Below are positions 24,481-32,236 of a DNA stretch of 44,019 bases, one piece after another. The stretch is from IMG/VR virus record IMGVR_UViG_3300011200_000001, one strand, 5' to 3'. Each line of letters starts with the position of its first letter. Position 1 is the first letter of the stretch. The notes beneath the pieces are model-generated. The model was given only the letters and a program-made list of their open reading frames with translations, did not search any database and was not told the origin of the DNA. The position numbers were made by a program, and so were the translations under genes. The stretch comes from a virus.

Positions 24481-24773
24481 AGGAAGTGTCCGTTGATGGG
24501 TGGGTTGATGATTGGCCGTGCGGGGGGTTCGTCGTCGGGTTCGTCGATGAAGTAGCCGTGGGGGTATCCGGCGTCGGCGTGGCGTTGAGCGACCTGGGTG
24601 AGGGTGTCCAGGAGGGCGTCGTCGTCCAGGGGGAGTGCTCCGCCACGGAACGCCGCTGCGGCCGATTGGTGGAGGGCCCGGAGGTCGGCCAGGAGGTCTT
24701 GTTCGTCGAGGGTTTGGGCGCCGGTGAGGTGGTTCAGGAGCGCGAGGATGGTGCTGGCTTCTGACTTCTTCAT
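24477..24773 (-). CDS. hypothetical protein (98 aa)
   Basis: ATG at 24773 forms an ATGA overlap. Confidence 0.6.
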   Translation of the reverse strand: MKKSEASTILALLNHLTGAQTLDEQDLLADLRALHQSAAAAFRGGALPLDDDALLDTLTQVAQRHADAGYPHGYFIDEPDDEPPARPIINPPINGHFL

Positions 24774-25111
24774 GTGGTGGGCTCCCATCGTGGGCAGGCT
24801 GGCCACCAGGCGCGGACGTCTGTGGCCGCGCCGTGGGTCATCACGGTCAGGTCGCATTTGGGGTAGGTGCCGTCGTGGTGGCGCATGAGGACCCGGTGAG
24901 CGCAGGACCCGCACCGGTACGACAGGCCCTTAGGGTCGCTGGGGTGGGCTGTGGTGTCGGCCAGGTCGTGAATCATGCTGCCGGTCAGCGGGTGACGGCC
25001 CTTCCTGACGTCTTGGGCCTGACGTTCGGTCAGGCGCTGCCCTGCCGAACGTTGCGGGGCCTCGAACGCGGGTTGAGGTTCGGGCATGCCGGGGAACACG
25101 TCGGCGGTCAT
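24770..25111 (-). CDS. hypothetical Cys-containing protein (113 aa)
   Basis: ATG at 25111 forms an ATGA overlap. Contains a YRCGSCAH...YPKCD motif. Confidence 0.6.
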   Translation of the reverse strand: MTADVFPGMPEPQPAFEAPQRSAGQRLTERQAQDVRKGRHPLTGSMIHDLADTTAHPSDPKGLSYRCGSCAHRVLMRHHDGTYPKCDLTVMTHGAATDVRAWWPACPRWEPTT

Positions 25112-25356
25112 CGCTGCCGGTCCTCTTGCGCCTTGACGATGACCGCGCACGACGGGCAGAAGAAGCACAGGTACAGCGGCACACTCACCGTGCCCTTGGT
25201 GTCCTCCGTGGCCGGGGTGACATACCAGCCGTTCCGCTTCGTACCTACGGTGGACCAGTTGGTTCGGCCTGCCTTGACCTGGTTGGGGCATCCCCGCTGG
25301 GTCGGGAATCCCTCGCACACGATCTCGGGGTCGTTGCGTTGATCGGTGGGCATCAT
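25108..25356 (-). CDS. hypothetical zinc-ribbon-like protein (82 aa)
   Basis: ATG at 25356 forms an ATGA overlap. Contains C..GC...CFFCPSC. Confidence 0.6.
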   Translation of the reverse strand: MMPTDQRNDPEIVCEGFPTQRGCPNQVKAGRTNWSTVGTKRNGWYVTPATEDTKGTVSVPLYLCFFCPSCAVIVKAQEDRQR

Positions 25357-25565
25357 GGCTTGACCCGCCAGTTGATGCCTTGGTCTGTCAGGTAGCGGCG
25401 GCAGTTGTACGGGTGGCCGAGGTGGCACAACCCCTTGCCCTGCTCAGGGAAACCGTCAACAGGGTCAGGCGCTGGACACGGGCGCACATCGGGATACTGC
25501 TTCCGAGTGACGCCGCAGTACGCCGGCATGTCGAGCGACCAGGGTTGACCGGCGTCGAGAGTCAT
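25353..25565 (-). CDS. hypothetical protein (70 aa)
   Basis: ATG at 25565 forms an ATGA overlap. Confidence 0.6.
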   Translation of the reverse strand: MTLDAGQPWSLDMPAYCGVTRKQYPDVRPCPAPDPVDGFPEQGKGLCHLGHPYNCRRYLTDQGINWRVKP

Positions 25566-26224
25566 GACGCACCGCCGTCGAGGACCCGTTTGGCGTCCTG
25601 GAGGAGTTGGAACGCCACGGGAGAACCGCCATGATCAGGATGTGTGAACCGCAACGCATGGCGGTAGTCGCGATCTACCTCAAGAGGTTTGGCGCTGTAG
25701 CGAGCTAGGTCACGGTCTGCGTCGAAGTGACCAGGCAGATCGGCTGAGAGGTGGGCGATCGTCAGCAACGCCTGGGTGCGGGTCATGGGTGCGCTGCCGG
25801 GCATCGGGGTCGGCCCGGAACCGATAGCCTTCCAGCCGGTGTACTGCTCGCCTCTCTTGGTGACGCCGTACCGGTCGACCGCACGCAACGCCTCCAACCC
25901 GAGTGCGATGCTGCGGACGTTGTGCTGCCAGAACTCGCACGAGTCCGTGCTGTAGATCAGCGGCCCGAACTTGGACCCGAACGCGACCCGCACGCCGGGG
26001 TGAACGGGCTGGCGGGCGTTGGCCCGTGGCATCCCGTCGAGGCGCAGGTCGGCCTCGGTGAAGTCGGCTTCGATGACGAAGTCGGTCGCGTCGAGGTAGT
26101 CCAGCTCGCGGCCGAGCAGGGTGAGGGTCGACTGCCAGCCGGCTTTGAAGGCCCACCGTGAGCGGCGTTGGTCGGCGGGGGTGCTGGGTTCGGTCCACCG
26201 CAGCGGCCGGAACGTGGCCTTCAT
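25562..26224 (-). CDS. J-domain (DnaJ-like) protein with unknown N-terminal domain
   Basis: The C-terminus DYRHALRFTHPDHGGSPVAFQLLQDAKRVL contains the HPD tripeptide of J-domains. Confidence 0.7.
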   Translation of the reverse strand: MKATFRPLRWTEPSTPADQRRSRWAFKAGWQSTLTLLGRELDYLDATDFVIEADFTEADLRLDGMPRANARQPVHPGVRVAFGSKFGPLIYSTDSCEFWQHNVRSIALGLEALRAVDRYGVTKRGEQYTGWKAIGSGPTPMPGSAPMTRTQALLTIAHLSADLPGHFDADRDLARYSAKPLEVDRDYRHALRFTHPDHGGSPVAFQLLQDAKRVLDGGAS

Positions 26225-26979
26225 GACGCCATCGCTTTGATGGCTGGGAGCGCCTCAGGGTCCCAGTCGGCCGGCAGCGACTGGACCGGCCACTCACCGT
26301 TGACCACGGCTTCGGGGTCCTTGTGACGGAAGTACGCCTCCAACGAGGCGGACTGTTCCGCGCACCAACCGACCTGGTCGTTATGCAGTTGAGCCAACGC
26401 CCGGCCCGCGATCTTGGAGTTGGATTTGGCGATGGCCCACGCGATGTTCCCGGCCGCGCGCGCGTCAGCCTCAGCGCCGTGAGCGTCCTGCTCGGACAGG
26501 CGGATGCCGTAGTGGGCTGCGACGTCGACGAGCTTGCGTGAGCCCTTCCTGTAGCTGACGTGCTTGTCCAGGACCCGGGCACAGATGACGGGGGCGACGT
26601 GCCCGCCCAACCTGTCGGTGAGGGTTTTCACGCCGCGGCGGACGCACTCGGCGTGCAAGATCGAAAGGTCGTAGACGACGTTGAAGCCCACCACGGGGAT
26701 GCCTTGGGTCATGTACCCGGCGAGGGTGAACGCGATCTGTTCGATGCCGCTGCGGGCGGGGATGCCGTCGGCGCGGGCCTGTTGCGTGGTGATGCCGTGG
26801 ATGCGAGTGGCACCGGCGGGGATGGGGATGCCGGGGTCGAGCAGGAGGTTCGTGACGGCGGGCTGAACACCCTTGCCGCCCCGGATGATGCAGGCGCTGA
26901 CGATGCGATCGGCGGAGACCGACACGCCCGTTGTCTCGCTGTCGAAGAGGGCCATGGGTCCCTCGTGCCAGGCGGTCAT
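26221..26979 (-). CDS. DnaQ-like (DEDDh) 3'-5' exonuclease
   Basis: Contains ALFDSETTG (Exo I), VGFNVVYDLSIL (Exo II) and HGAEADARA (Exo III, with His). Confidence 0.8.
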   Translation of the reverse strand: MTAWHEGPMALFDSETTGVSVSADRIVSACIIRGGKGVQPAVTNLLLDPGIPIPAGATRIHGITTQQARADGIPARSGIEQIAFTLAGYMTQGIPVVGFNVVYDLSILHAECVRRGVKTLTDRLGGHVAPVICARVLDKHVSYRKGSRKLVDVAAHYGIRLSEQDAHGAEADARAAGNIAWAIAKSNSKIAGRALAQLHNDQVGWCAEQSASLEAYFRHKDPEAVVNGEWPVQSLPADWDPEALPAIKAMAS

Positions 26980-27179
26980 GCGTGCCACGTCCCGTCGCAT
27001 CCGCAGTCGGGGATCTGGCAGACGCGAGGCACCGTGGGGCGCTCTGCCCGCAGTCGTGTGAGCTCTGCCCGGAGCCGCGCGACCTCGTTCCTGGCCATGC
27101 CACCGCAGTCCGGGTCGTGCCCGTACACCGCGCCACAGGTGATGCACTCATCTGGCTCGTACACCGGCAGATCGGTCAT
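26976..27179 (-). CDS. hypothetical Cys-rich protein (67 aa)
   Basis: ATGA overlaps at both ends. Contains ECITCG...PDCGG...CQIPDCGCDG. Confidence 0.6.
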   Translation of the reverse strand: MTDLPVYEPDECITCGAVYGHDPDCGGMARNEVARLRAELTRLRAERPTVPRVCQIPDCGCDGTWHA

Positions 27180-27490
27180 CGCCCGTCCTCCTCTTCCTGC
27201 CTGCGCAGGAGCGCGTCATCACGGCGGTCCTGGTCGCACGCAGCGGACCAGCAGCCCGCGGCGTGGCACTTGTCGTGGACCGGGTCGCCGTCGCAGTCGG
27301 ACACCTCGTCGTGCTCAGCGCAGACCACCCCACCGCACAGCGAGCAGGTCGTGCGCTCTTCGCAGTCGTACTCGTCGTTGTCGTCGGTCGCGTCGTAGTG
27401 GCCGAGGCAGTCGGTGTCACGCTCAGCAGCCAGGTCAGAGGGGCTCGGCGGTTCGTAATAGCTGTCCGGCATCCGGAAGTCGGCGGTCAT
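27176..27490 (-). CDS. hypothetical acidic Cys-rich protein (104 aa)
   Basis: ATG at 27490 forms an ATGA overlap. Confidence 0.6.
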   Translation of the reverse strand: MTADFRMPDSYYEPPSPSDLAAERDTDCLGHYDATDDNDEYDCEERTTCSLCGGVVCAEHDEVSDCDGDPVHDKCHAAGCWSAACDQDRRDDALLRRQEEEDGR

Positions 27491-27855
27491 GACGCACCGC
27501 CGTTGATGGCGCGGGCGACGGCGAGAGCGCTGCGCCCCTCGCCCGGACTGGCGCAGTAGACGGGACGCGCCACGTCGTCCAGCCAGTCGGCCAGCGCGAG
27601 GGCCACGAGCGGGTTCATGGCCGCGATGTACGCACGGTCCTGGGGTTGCAGCGACTCGGCGATGAGATACCCGCCGTAGCTGTCATCCCAGCCCCAGCCA
27701 CCGCCATGTAGACGTCCTTCGGGTTGGACGTCTGACACAAGCGCGGCGTAACGGTTGAGACCGTCAACAGACGACTCCCGCCACGGCCCGGGCGTCGCAG
27801 CCTCGGCTAACGCCCGCAGCCTGGTCGCGGCTGCTTTCAGTTCGTCGGCGGTCAT
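27487..27855 (-). CDS. hypothetical protein with PGPW motif (Ead/Ea22-like pattern)
   Basis: ATG at 27855 forms an ATGA overlap. Contains ...ATPGPWRES... Confidence 0.55.
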   Translation of the reverse strand: MTADELKAAATRLRALAEAATPGPWRESSVDGLNRYAALVSDVQPEGRLHGGGWGWDDSYGGYLIAESLQPQDRAYIAAMNPLVALALADWLDDVARPVYCASPGEGRSALAVARAINGGAS

Positions 27856-27995
27856 CGGAGTTGGCCGATGGGAACGAAGACCTCGGCATCGCAGGTGCGG
27901 CAGTGCAGCAAGACCTTGGTGACGCCCTTGGTGACGTGCACATCGGCGCCCTTGCAGTCGACGCGGTGCTGCAGGAACACCTCGCCGGGGCTCAC
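27852..27995 (-). CDS. small Cys-containing protein (47 aa)
   Basis: Own translation: (V)SPGEVFLQHRVDCKGADVHVTKGVTKVLLHCRTCDAEVFVPIGQLR. GTG follows GGAG and overlaps the recT stop (GTGA). Confidence 0.5.
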   Translation of the reverse strand: MSPGEVFLQHRVDCKGADVHVTKGVTKVLLHCRTCDAEVFVPIGQLR

Positions 27996-28837
27996 GTCCA
28001 CTCCGGCTCTGGGGTTTCGTCGCCGGACCCGTCGTGCTCGACGTCGACAGGGCCACTCCCGTCGTAGGTCGCCCCGGCCTCACCAGTGACGACGTCGACA
28101 CCATCCGGGGCTGCGGGTTCGGGGCTCTCGATGGCCTTGACCGCGAGCTGCTCGCGGCGCAGCTCGGTGCCCTTCTTCTCGTCGACCTCCAGTGCCGCGT
28201 TCAGGGTCGCGGACTTCGGCAGGAGCTTCACCAGCTGGCGCAGCGCGGTCTTACGTTCCATCCAGTGCATGGGGTCGGGTATGTTCCCCGACGGGCCGAC
28301 CTTCCCGCCTCGCAGGGACTTGACCTCTTCGGCCGACAAGACCACGAACGCCGACGCTCCGGTCGTCAGCTTCGCGACGGCGTAGTAGGCGATGACGTTC
28401 CCGCGGTCCACCCCGAGAGCGGGCTTGTGTCGCAGCATCGGCGCCAGACCGTACTCGTAGTCGAAGTCGTCCTTCTCGTGGACGGCCTGGGCGTCCAGGT
28501 GCGCAGCGAGCGGGCTCTGCCAGAACAGCTTCGCGAAGCCCTGATAGCCGATGATGAACTGGCACTCCCTCCCATACGGGACGAGGTACGCCTCACCATT
28601 GACGCCCGGTTCGAGGCCGAGGGCCGCCGACGTCAGGAGCGCGCCGGCGAAACTCTCAGGGGTACAGCGGGCCAGCTTTGGGTCCTTGCGCAGCACGGTC
28701 AGGGCCATCCGGGCCATCCGGTCGGCGTCCATGTGCTTGGGTAGCGCCCGGGCGATTTCGGGGCGGAGCTGCTGGATGACGGAGCCGATGGTGGGCTGGT
28801 CTGCGTCGCGCTGCGCGACGGCGTTACGGAGGCTCAT
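27992..28837 (-). CDS. recT: RecT-family single-strand annealing recombinase
   Basis: The sequence ...GLEPGVNGEAYLVPYG...IIGYQGFAKL... is typical of RecT. The gene is paired with an upstream YqaJ-type exonuclease. Confidence 0.85.
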   Translation of the reverse strand: MSLRNAVAQRDADQPTIGSVIQQLRPEIARALPKHMDADRMARMALTVLRKDPKLARCTPESFAGALLTSAALGLEPGVNGEAYLVPYGRECQFIIGYQGFAKLFWQSPLAAHLDAQAVHEKDDFDYEYGLAPMLRHKPALGVDRGNVIAYYAVAKLTTGASAFVVLSAEEVKSLRGGKVGPSGNIPDPMHWMERKTALRQLVKLLPKSATLNAALEVDEKKGTELRREQLAVKAIESPEPAAPDGVDVVTGEAGATYDGSGPVDVEHDGSGDETPEPEWT

Positions 28838-29727
28838 GCTGGGATTCCTGCTCTCTGGACGAGGCCTTTCGCGGCCACGAGGTACGGGATGGACCCATCG
28901 GCCTTCTTGGCCTGCCGGTAGGCGTAGGGCGTGCCGGCGAACCGCGCACGTTTGGCCATGCCCATGGCCGCTGCGACGCGGCTGGTGGCATAGGTTTTGG
29001 CGGCTTCGGCGTCCTTGAACTTGGCGAGGGCGTCGACGTAGGCAGCCGCGAGCTCCACGTCGAGCTCGTAGTCGGTGCCGTCGATCAGGGGGTGGAGTTT
29101 GCGGATCGCCTGGTAGGTCTGGTCGTGGCCGTCGAGGGTCGGCTGAACGCCTTCGCGGAGCGAGGCAAGGAATAGCTGAGCCTGCTCACGCAGGTACGCG
29201 GCATCGTCAGGCCTGGCGGTCACGACGTACTCGCGGAAGTCCAGGAAGGACGTGATGACTGCGACGTGCGCGATGTCCAGGCCGAGGGTGTCGAGCTGCC
29301 ACTGGACCTGGGCCATGTAGCCGAGGGGGATCTCGTCGGTGCCGGGCTCGCCCCATTCCCAGTCGTTCGTGGCGCTCTTGCACTCCAGGATCCGGCGTGG
29401 TTCATCGCTGGGCAGGTCGACGATGCCGTCGGGGGATGCGGACTGCCAAGGTCGGTCGGTGTTGACCCAGGTCCCGCAGGGGTGGTCGATGCGCCAGTCG
29501 GGGTGCTGGTCGGAGAACCATGCACGGATCGCAGGCTCGAGGTAGTGGCCTCGCCTGGTGATGTTGGTGTCAGGGTCCGGGGGGATGGTCCCGTTCATCT
29601 TGTGCCACATGGACAGCGGTGAGTCGTAGACGGAGAAACCGAGGATCGCGGAGATCTTCGACGCGGACATCCGCTTGAGCCACTCGGGTGAGCCAGGTTT
29701 CATGTCGGGGATCTGGGTTGCGGTCAT
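28834..29727 (-). CDS. YqaJ-like (lambda Exo-type, PD-(D/E)XK) recombination exonuclease
   Basis: Contains GSPEWLKRMSASKISAILG..., ASPDGIV and ILECKS motifs. Confidence 0.8.
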   Translation of the reverse strand: MTATQIPDMKPGSPEWLKRMSASKISAILGFSVYDSPLSMWHKMNGTIPPDPDTNITRRGHYLEPAIRAWFSDQHPDWRIDHPCGTWVNTDRPWQSASPDGIVDLPSDEPRRILECKSATNDWEWGEPGTDEIPLGYMAQVQWQLDTLGLDIAHVAVITSFLDFREYVVTARPDDAAYLREQAQLFLASLREGVQPTLDGHDQTYQAIRKLHPLIDGTDYELDVELAAAYVDALAKFKDAEAAKTYATSRVAAAMGMAKRARFAGTPYAYRQAKKADGSIPYLVAAKGLVQRAGIPA

Positions 29728-29858
29728 AGCGCACCTGGCCGGTTGACGTCATAGATGTCGTCGTGGGGTTCGGGTGGGGTGATCGGCGGCCAGGTGATGA
29801 GGAGGACTGCGACGCTGGTGGCGATGATGAACAGGGCCAGCCAGAGGATGGCGGTCAT
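29724..29858 (-). CDS. small membrane protein (44 aa)
   Basis: Own translation: MTAILWLALFIIATSVAVLLITWPPITPPEPHDDIYDVNRPGAL. ATGA overlaps at both ends. Confidence 0.55.
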   Translation of the reverse strand: MTAILWLALFIIATSVAVLLITWPPITPPEPHDDIYDVNRPGAL

Positions 29859-30094
29859 CGGTTTGCCTCGGCTTCGATGGCTGCGTCCTCAGCTGCGGTG
29901 AGGCAGCCGGTGGTGCAGTAGGTGGGTGCGCCGCGGCCGAGCCAGGAGTGCGCGACGTCGTTCCTGACTGGGGTGCCGGTGATGTCGTGGTCGCACCAGT
30001 CGCACTTCAGGTCGACGGCCCGGGCTGCGATGAAGGTGGCCATCCGGAGTTCGGCTTTGCGGTGCCGGGCCGCGGCACGGGTGATGGCGGTCAT
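29855..30094 (-). CDS. hypothetical protein (79 aa)
   Basis: ATG at 30094 forms an ATGA overlap. Confidence 0.6.
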   Translation of the reverse strand: MTAITRAAARHRKAELRMATFIAARAVDLKCDWCDHDITGTPVRNDVAHSWLGRGAPTYCTTGCLTAAEDAAIEAEANR

Positions 30095-30339
30095 GGTGCG
30101 AGCTGTTCGCGGGCGGCCCACGCGGTGGCGTGGGGCTGGCAGACGGGGCTGCCCTGGATGACGGTGGCGGCCAACAGGTCGCAGAACGTGCAGTCGTCGG
30201 GGTGGACTGCGGCGTTCCACAGGTCGTTACTGAGGGACTCGGCCTGGGTTGGGGTCAGGGTGGTGGTGGTGCCGCCGATGCTGACCAGGACGGCGTGCGT
30301 GGTCCCGTCGATGACCTGCTCGGCGCCGATGGCGCTCAT
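30091..30339 (-). CDS. hypothetical protein (82 aa)
   Basis: ATG at 30339 forms an ATGA overlap. Confidence 0.6.
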   Translation of the reverse strand: MSAIGAEQVIDGTTHAVLVSIGGTTTTLTPTQAESLSNDLWNAAVHPDDCTFCDLLAATVIQGSPVCQPHATAWAAREQLAP

Positions 30340-30764
30340 GATGGGACCTTCTCGGCGTCTGCGAGTAGCGGGCTGCAGATCCACTCGAAGTCTTCGACGG
30401 TCTCGGTCCGCTCGGGCTGGGGCTCGGTGGCGGGCATCGCGGGGGTAGCAGGCGTGGTGACCTCGTGGGTGCCGGTGACTACCCGGGTGCACACGGCTTC
30501 GCGGGCGGCGATGAAGCAGACCTTCAGACCGGCGATGTGCCCGATCAGGTCGACGACGTCATCACGAGGCGTCTTGGTGATCGTGCCGGGGATCAGTCGG
30601 GCGAACAGGCGGGCCGAGTCCCGGATCTCGTCGTTCTCGCGGGAGACCTCGATCCAGTTCAGCGAGCTCAGGTCACCGGTGTAGGGCAGGGGCAAGTCTG
30701 GGTTGGCGTCGAGGATGTCGGCGAGCTGGCGAAGCCCTTTGGTATAGGCGAGGCGGTCGGTCAT
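30336..30764 (-). CDS. hypothetical protein (142 aa)
   Basis: ATG at 30764 with GAAGGA 6 nt upstream. Confidence 0.7.
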   Translation of the reverse strand: MTDRLAYTKGLRQLADILDANPDLPLPYTGDLSSLNWIEVSRENDEIRDSARLFARLIPGTITKTPRDDVVDLIGHIAGLKVCFIAAREAVCTRVVTGTHEVTTPATPAMPATEPQPERTETVEDFEWICSPLLADAEKVPS

Positions 30765-30786
30765 TGGATATCCTTCGGGTGAGGGT

Positions 30787-30821
30787 GAGCGGCTGTTCTC
30801 AGGGATTGGGGGCAGCCGCTC
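30787..30821 (-). other. 9-bp perfect hairpin GAGCGGCTG-17 nt-CAGCCGCTC between the two leading early genes and the rest of the early operon
   Basis: Read directly. There is no U-tract on the minus (sense) strand. Confidence 0.5.
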
Positions 30822-30840
30822 GGCTTTGTGTGGGGGCGGG

Positions 30841-31041
30841 TTAGGCGGTTCGGCGGCGGCGGTGTCGTGCCGCGACGGGGTGTGGGGTGTTGGTGTGCGC
30901 GGCGATGTATGCGGCGATGGCGTCGGGGGTGATGTTCCAGCTCCCGCCGTAGTAACTGGCCCTTAGCGCGCCTGAGGCGCACTGCCGGCGAACCCACCAG
31001 CTGCTCTTACCGAGCTCAGCAGCGGCCTGGTCGGTGTTCAT
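30841..31041 (-). CDS. excisionase-family (HTH_17) DNA-binding protein
   Basis: The sequence DQAAAELGKSSWWVRRQCASGALRASYYGGSWNITPDAIAAYI matches the Xis/MerR-type HTH pattern. The ATG overlaps the Cro-like stop. Confidence 0.7.
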   Translation of the reverse strand: MNTDQAAAELGKSSWWVRRQCASGALRASYYGGSWNITPDAIAAYIAAHTNTPHPVAARHRRRRTA

Positions 31042-31313
31042 GCGACATCAGCGTGCGGGCGCACATTCAACACGGTGGGCTGAAAAATGGTGCCGGGTGG
31101 AACGTCGAGCGCTCTTTCGATGGCCGAGGCGGTCTCGGGGGAGCAGGTGGTGCGCTTGCCTGAGACCAGGTGGCCGACGGTTGAGGGGTGGAGTCGTTTG
31201 GGTCGGCAGGCATCGGCGAGGCGCCTGACGTTCATTCCGCGGTAGGCCATGTACTGCTTGAGCATCTTGCGGTGGACCCGCATGTACAGCCGCCTCTCTG
31301 CTGTGTGCTGCAT
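31038..31313 (-). CDS. Cro-like XRE-family HTH regulator (start uncertain: ATG 31313 or 31283)
   Basis: The sequence LKQYMAYRGMNVRRLADACR...STVGHLVSGKR is an XRE-type HTH. The gene is divergent from the repressor gene. The track GTG at 31355 lies inside the predicted -10 and was therefore rejected. Confidence 0.7.
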   Translation of the reverse strand: MQHTAERRLYMRVHRKMLKQYMAYRGMNVRRLADACRPKRLHPSTVGHLVSGKRTTCSPETASAIERALDVPPGTIFQPTVLNVRPHADVA

Positions 31314-31353
31314 CAGATCCCGATCGTAGACGGTGTGTTTGGTGTGTGACAAC

Positions 31354-31382
31354 ACGATACACGGCGTAGACGGGCCTGTCTA
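31354..31382 (-). promoter_or_regulatory. leftward (early lytic) promoter candidate TAGACA-17 nt-TATCGT
   Basis: Read on the minus strand. The -35 hexamer and spacer are covered by operator O1. Confidence 0.45.
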
Positions 31383-31383
31383 C
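31366..31383. promoter_or_regulatory. operator O1: GTAGAC-GGGCCT-GTCTAC
   Basis: Perfect 6-bp inverted half-sites. An extra GTAGAC half-site lies at 31326-31331. Confidence 0.65.
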
Positions 31384-31435
31384 ATGCGGGAAGGGATTTC
31401 ATGTGGGTTGACCTGCCGGTTTGCAAGTTGCATCG

Positions 31436-31464
31436 TTGGAACTTGTAGACGGGCTGTCTACAGT
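31436..31464 (+). promoter_or_regulatory. rightward (repressor) promoter candidate TTGGAA-17 nt-TACAGT
   Basis: The hexamers were read directly. Operator O2 occupies the spacer and the -10. Confidence 0.45.
31445..31461. promoter_or_regulatory. operator O2: GTAGAC-GGGCT-GTCTAC
   Basis: Perfect 6-bp inverted half-sites. An extra GTCTAC half-site lies at 31481-31486. Confidence 0.65.
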
Positions 31465-31506
31465 GGGATTCGTGTCTTACGTCTACGTTCCGGCAAGGTG
31501 GCTTCC

Positions 31507-32223
31507 GTGAGCGAACTGTCGGAGGCGCTGAAGACCGCGCAGGAGCAGCATGGCGGGTGGTCGGTGCGGCGCATCGAGCGCGAGATGGAAACCGCCGGGC
31601 ACAGCGTGTCCTACAGCACCGTTGCGCTCTACCTGAACGGAAGGCACGGCGTACCAGAGGACTCCACACTGTCGGCGTTCGCCGCGATCTTTCCGGAGCT
31701 GAGCATCAGCAGGCTGCGCCACCTCGCGCACCTGCCCCCAGGTGAGAACGACCCTTACATCCCGCCCGCGGACGCGAGCCGGCTATCTCGCACCCAGCGC
31801 CAGGCCCTCGATGCGGTCATTGCGGCCATGCTCGAACGAGAGGGCATGGGCTTCCCGAGCGGCAGTTTCCGCTCTTCGACCTCCACCAGAGCGGGCTCCA
31901 AAGTAGATATCCAGGGTCCCGACTTCGTAATAGAAGTCAAGAACCGGGGGAGCCAACCAGTCGATGCCCCACAACTGGTCTTTCACTATCGTGTCGATCA
32001 CACCAAAGGGGTCATGGAGGTTGCCGAGATGATCCAGTCGCGACTCGATTCCATCGAGGAGCTCGAACAGATGGTGGAACAAGAGATGGAAGACGAACAC
32101 CGCGAGTACCCGGTGCCGACGCCAGATGTGGGCAAACCCACCCCGGGGGAGCAGGCGCGTCGGAAACTGAAGGCGGATGCCGAACACCAAGACCAGTTGC
32201 GTCCGAGTCACAACAAACCATGA
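31507..32223 (+). CDS. immunity repressor (N-terminal HTH) with a ~110-aa lower-GC C-terminal extension
   Basis: GTG at 31507 lies 5 nt after AAGGTGG. The HTH is WSVRRIEREMETAGHSVSYSTVALYLNG. The gene is divergent from the Cro-like gene across the operators. Confidence 0.7.
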   Translation: MSELSEALKTAQEQHGGWSVRRIEREMETAGHSVSYSTVALYLNGRHGVPEDSTLSAFAAIFPELSISRLRHLAHLPPGENDPYIPPADASRLSRTQRQALDAVIAAMLEREGMGFPSGSFRSSTSTRAGSKVDIQGPDFVIEVKNRGSQPVDAPQLVFHYRVDHTKGVMEVAEMIQSRLDSIEELEQMVEQEMEDEHREYPVPTPDVGKPTPGEQARRKLKADAEHQDQLRPSHNKP

Positions 32224-32236
32224 GAGGGCGCCCAAG

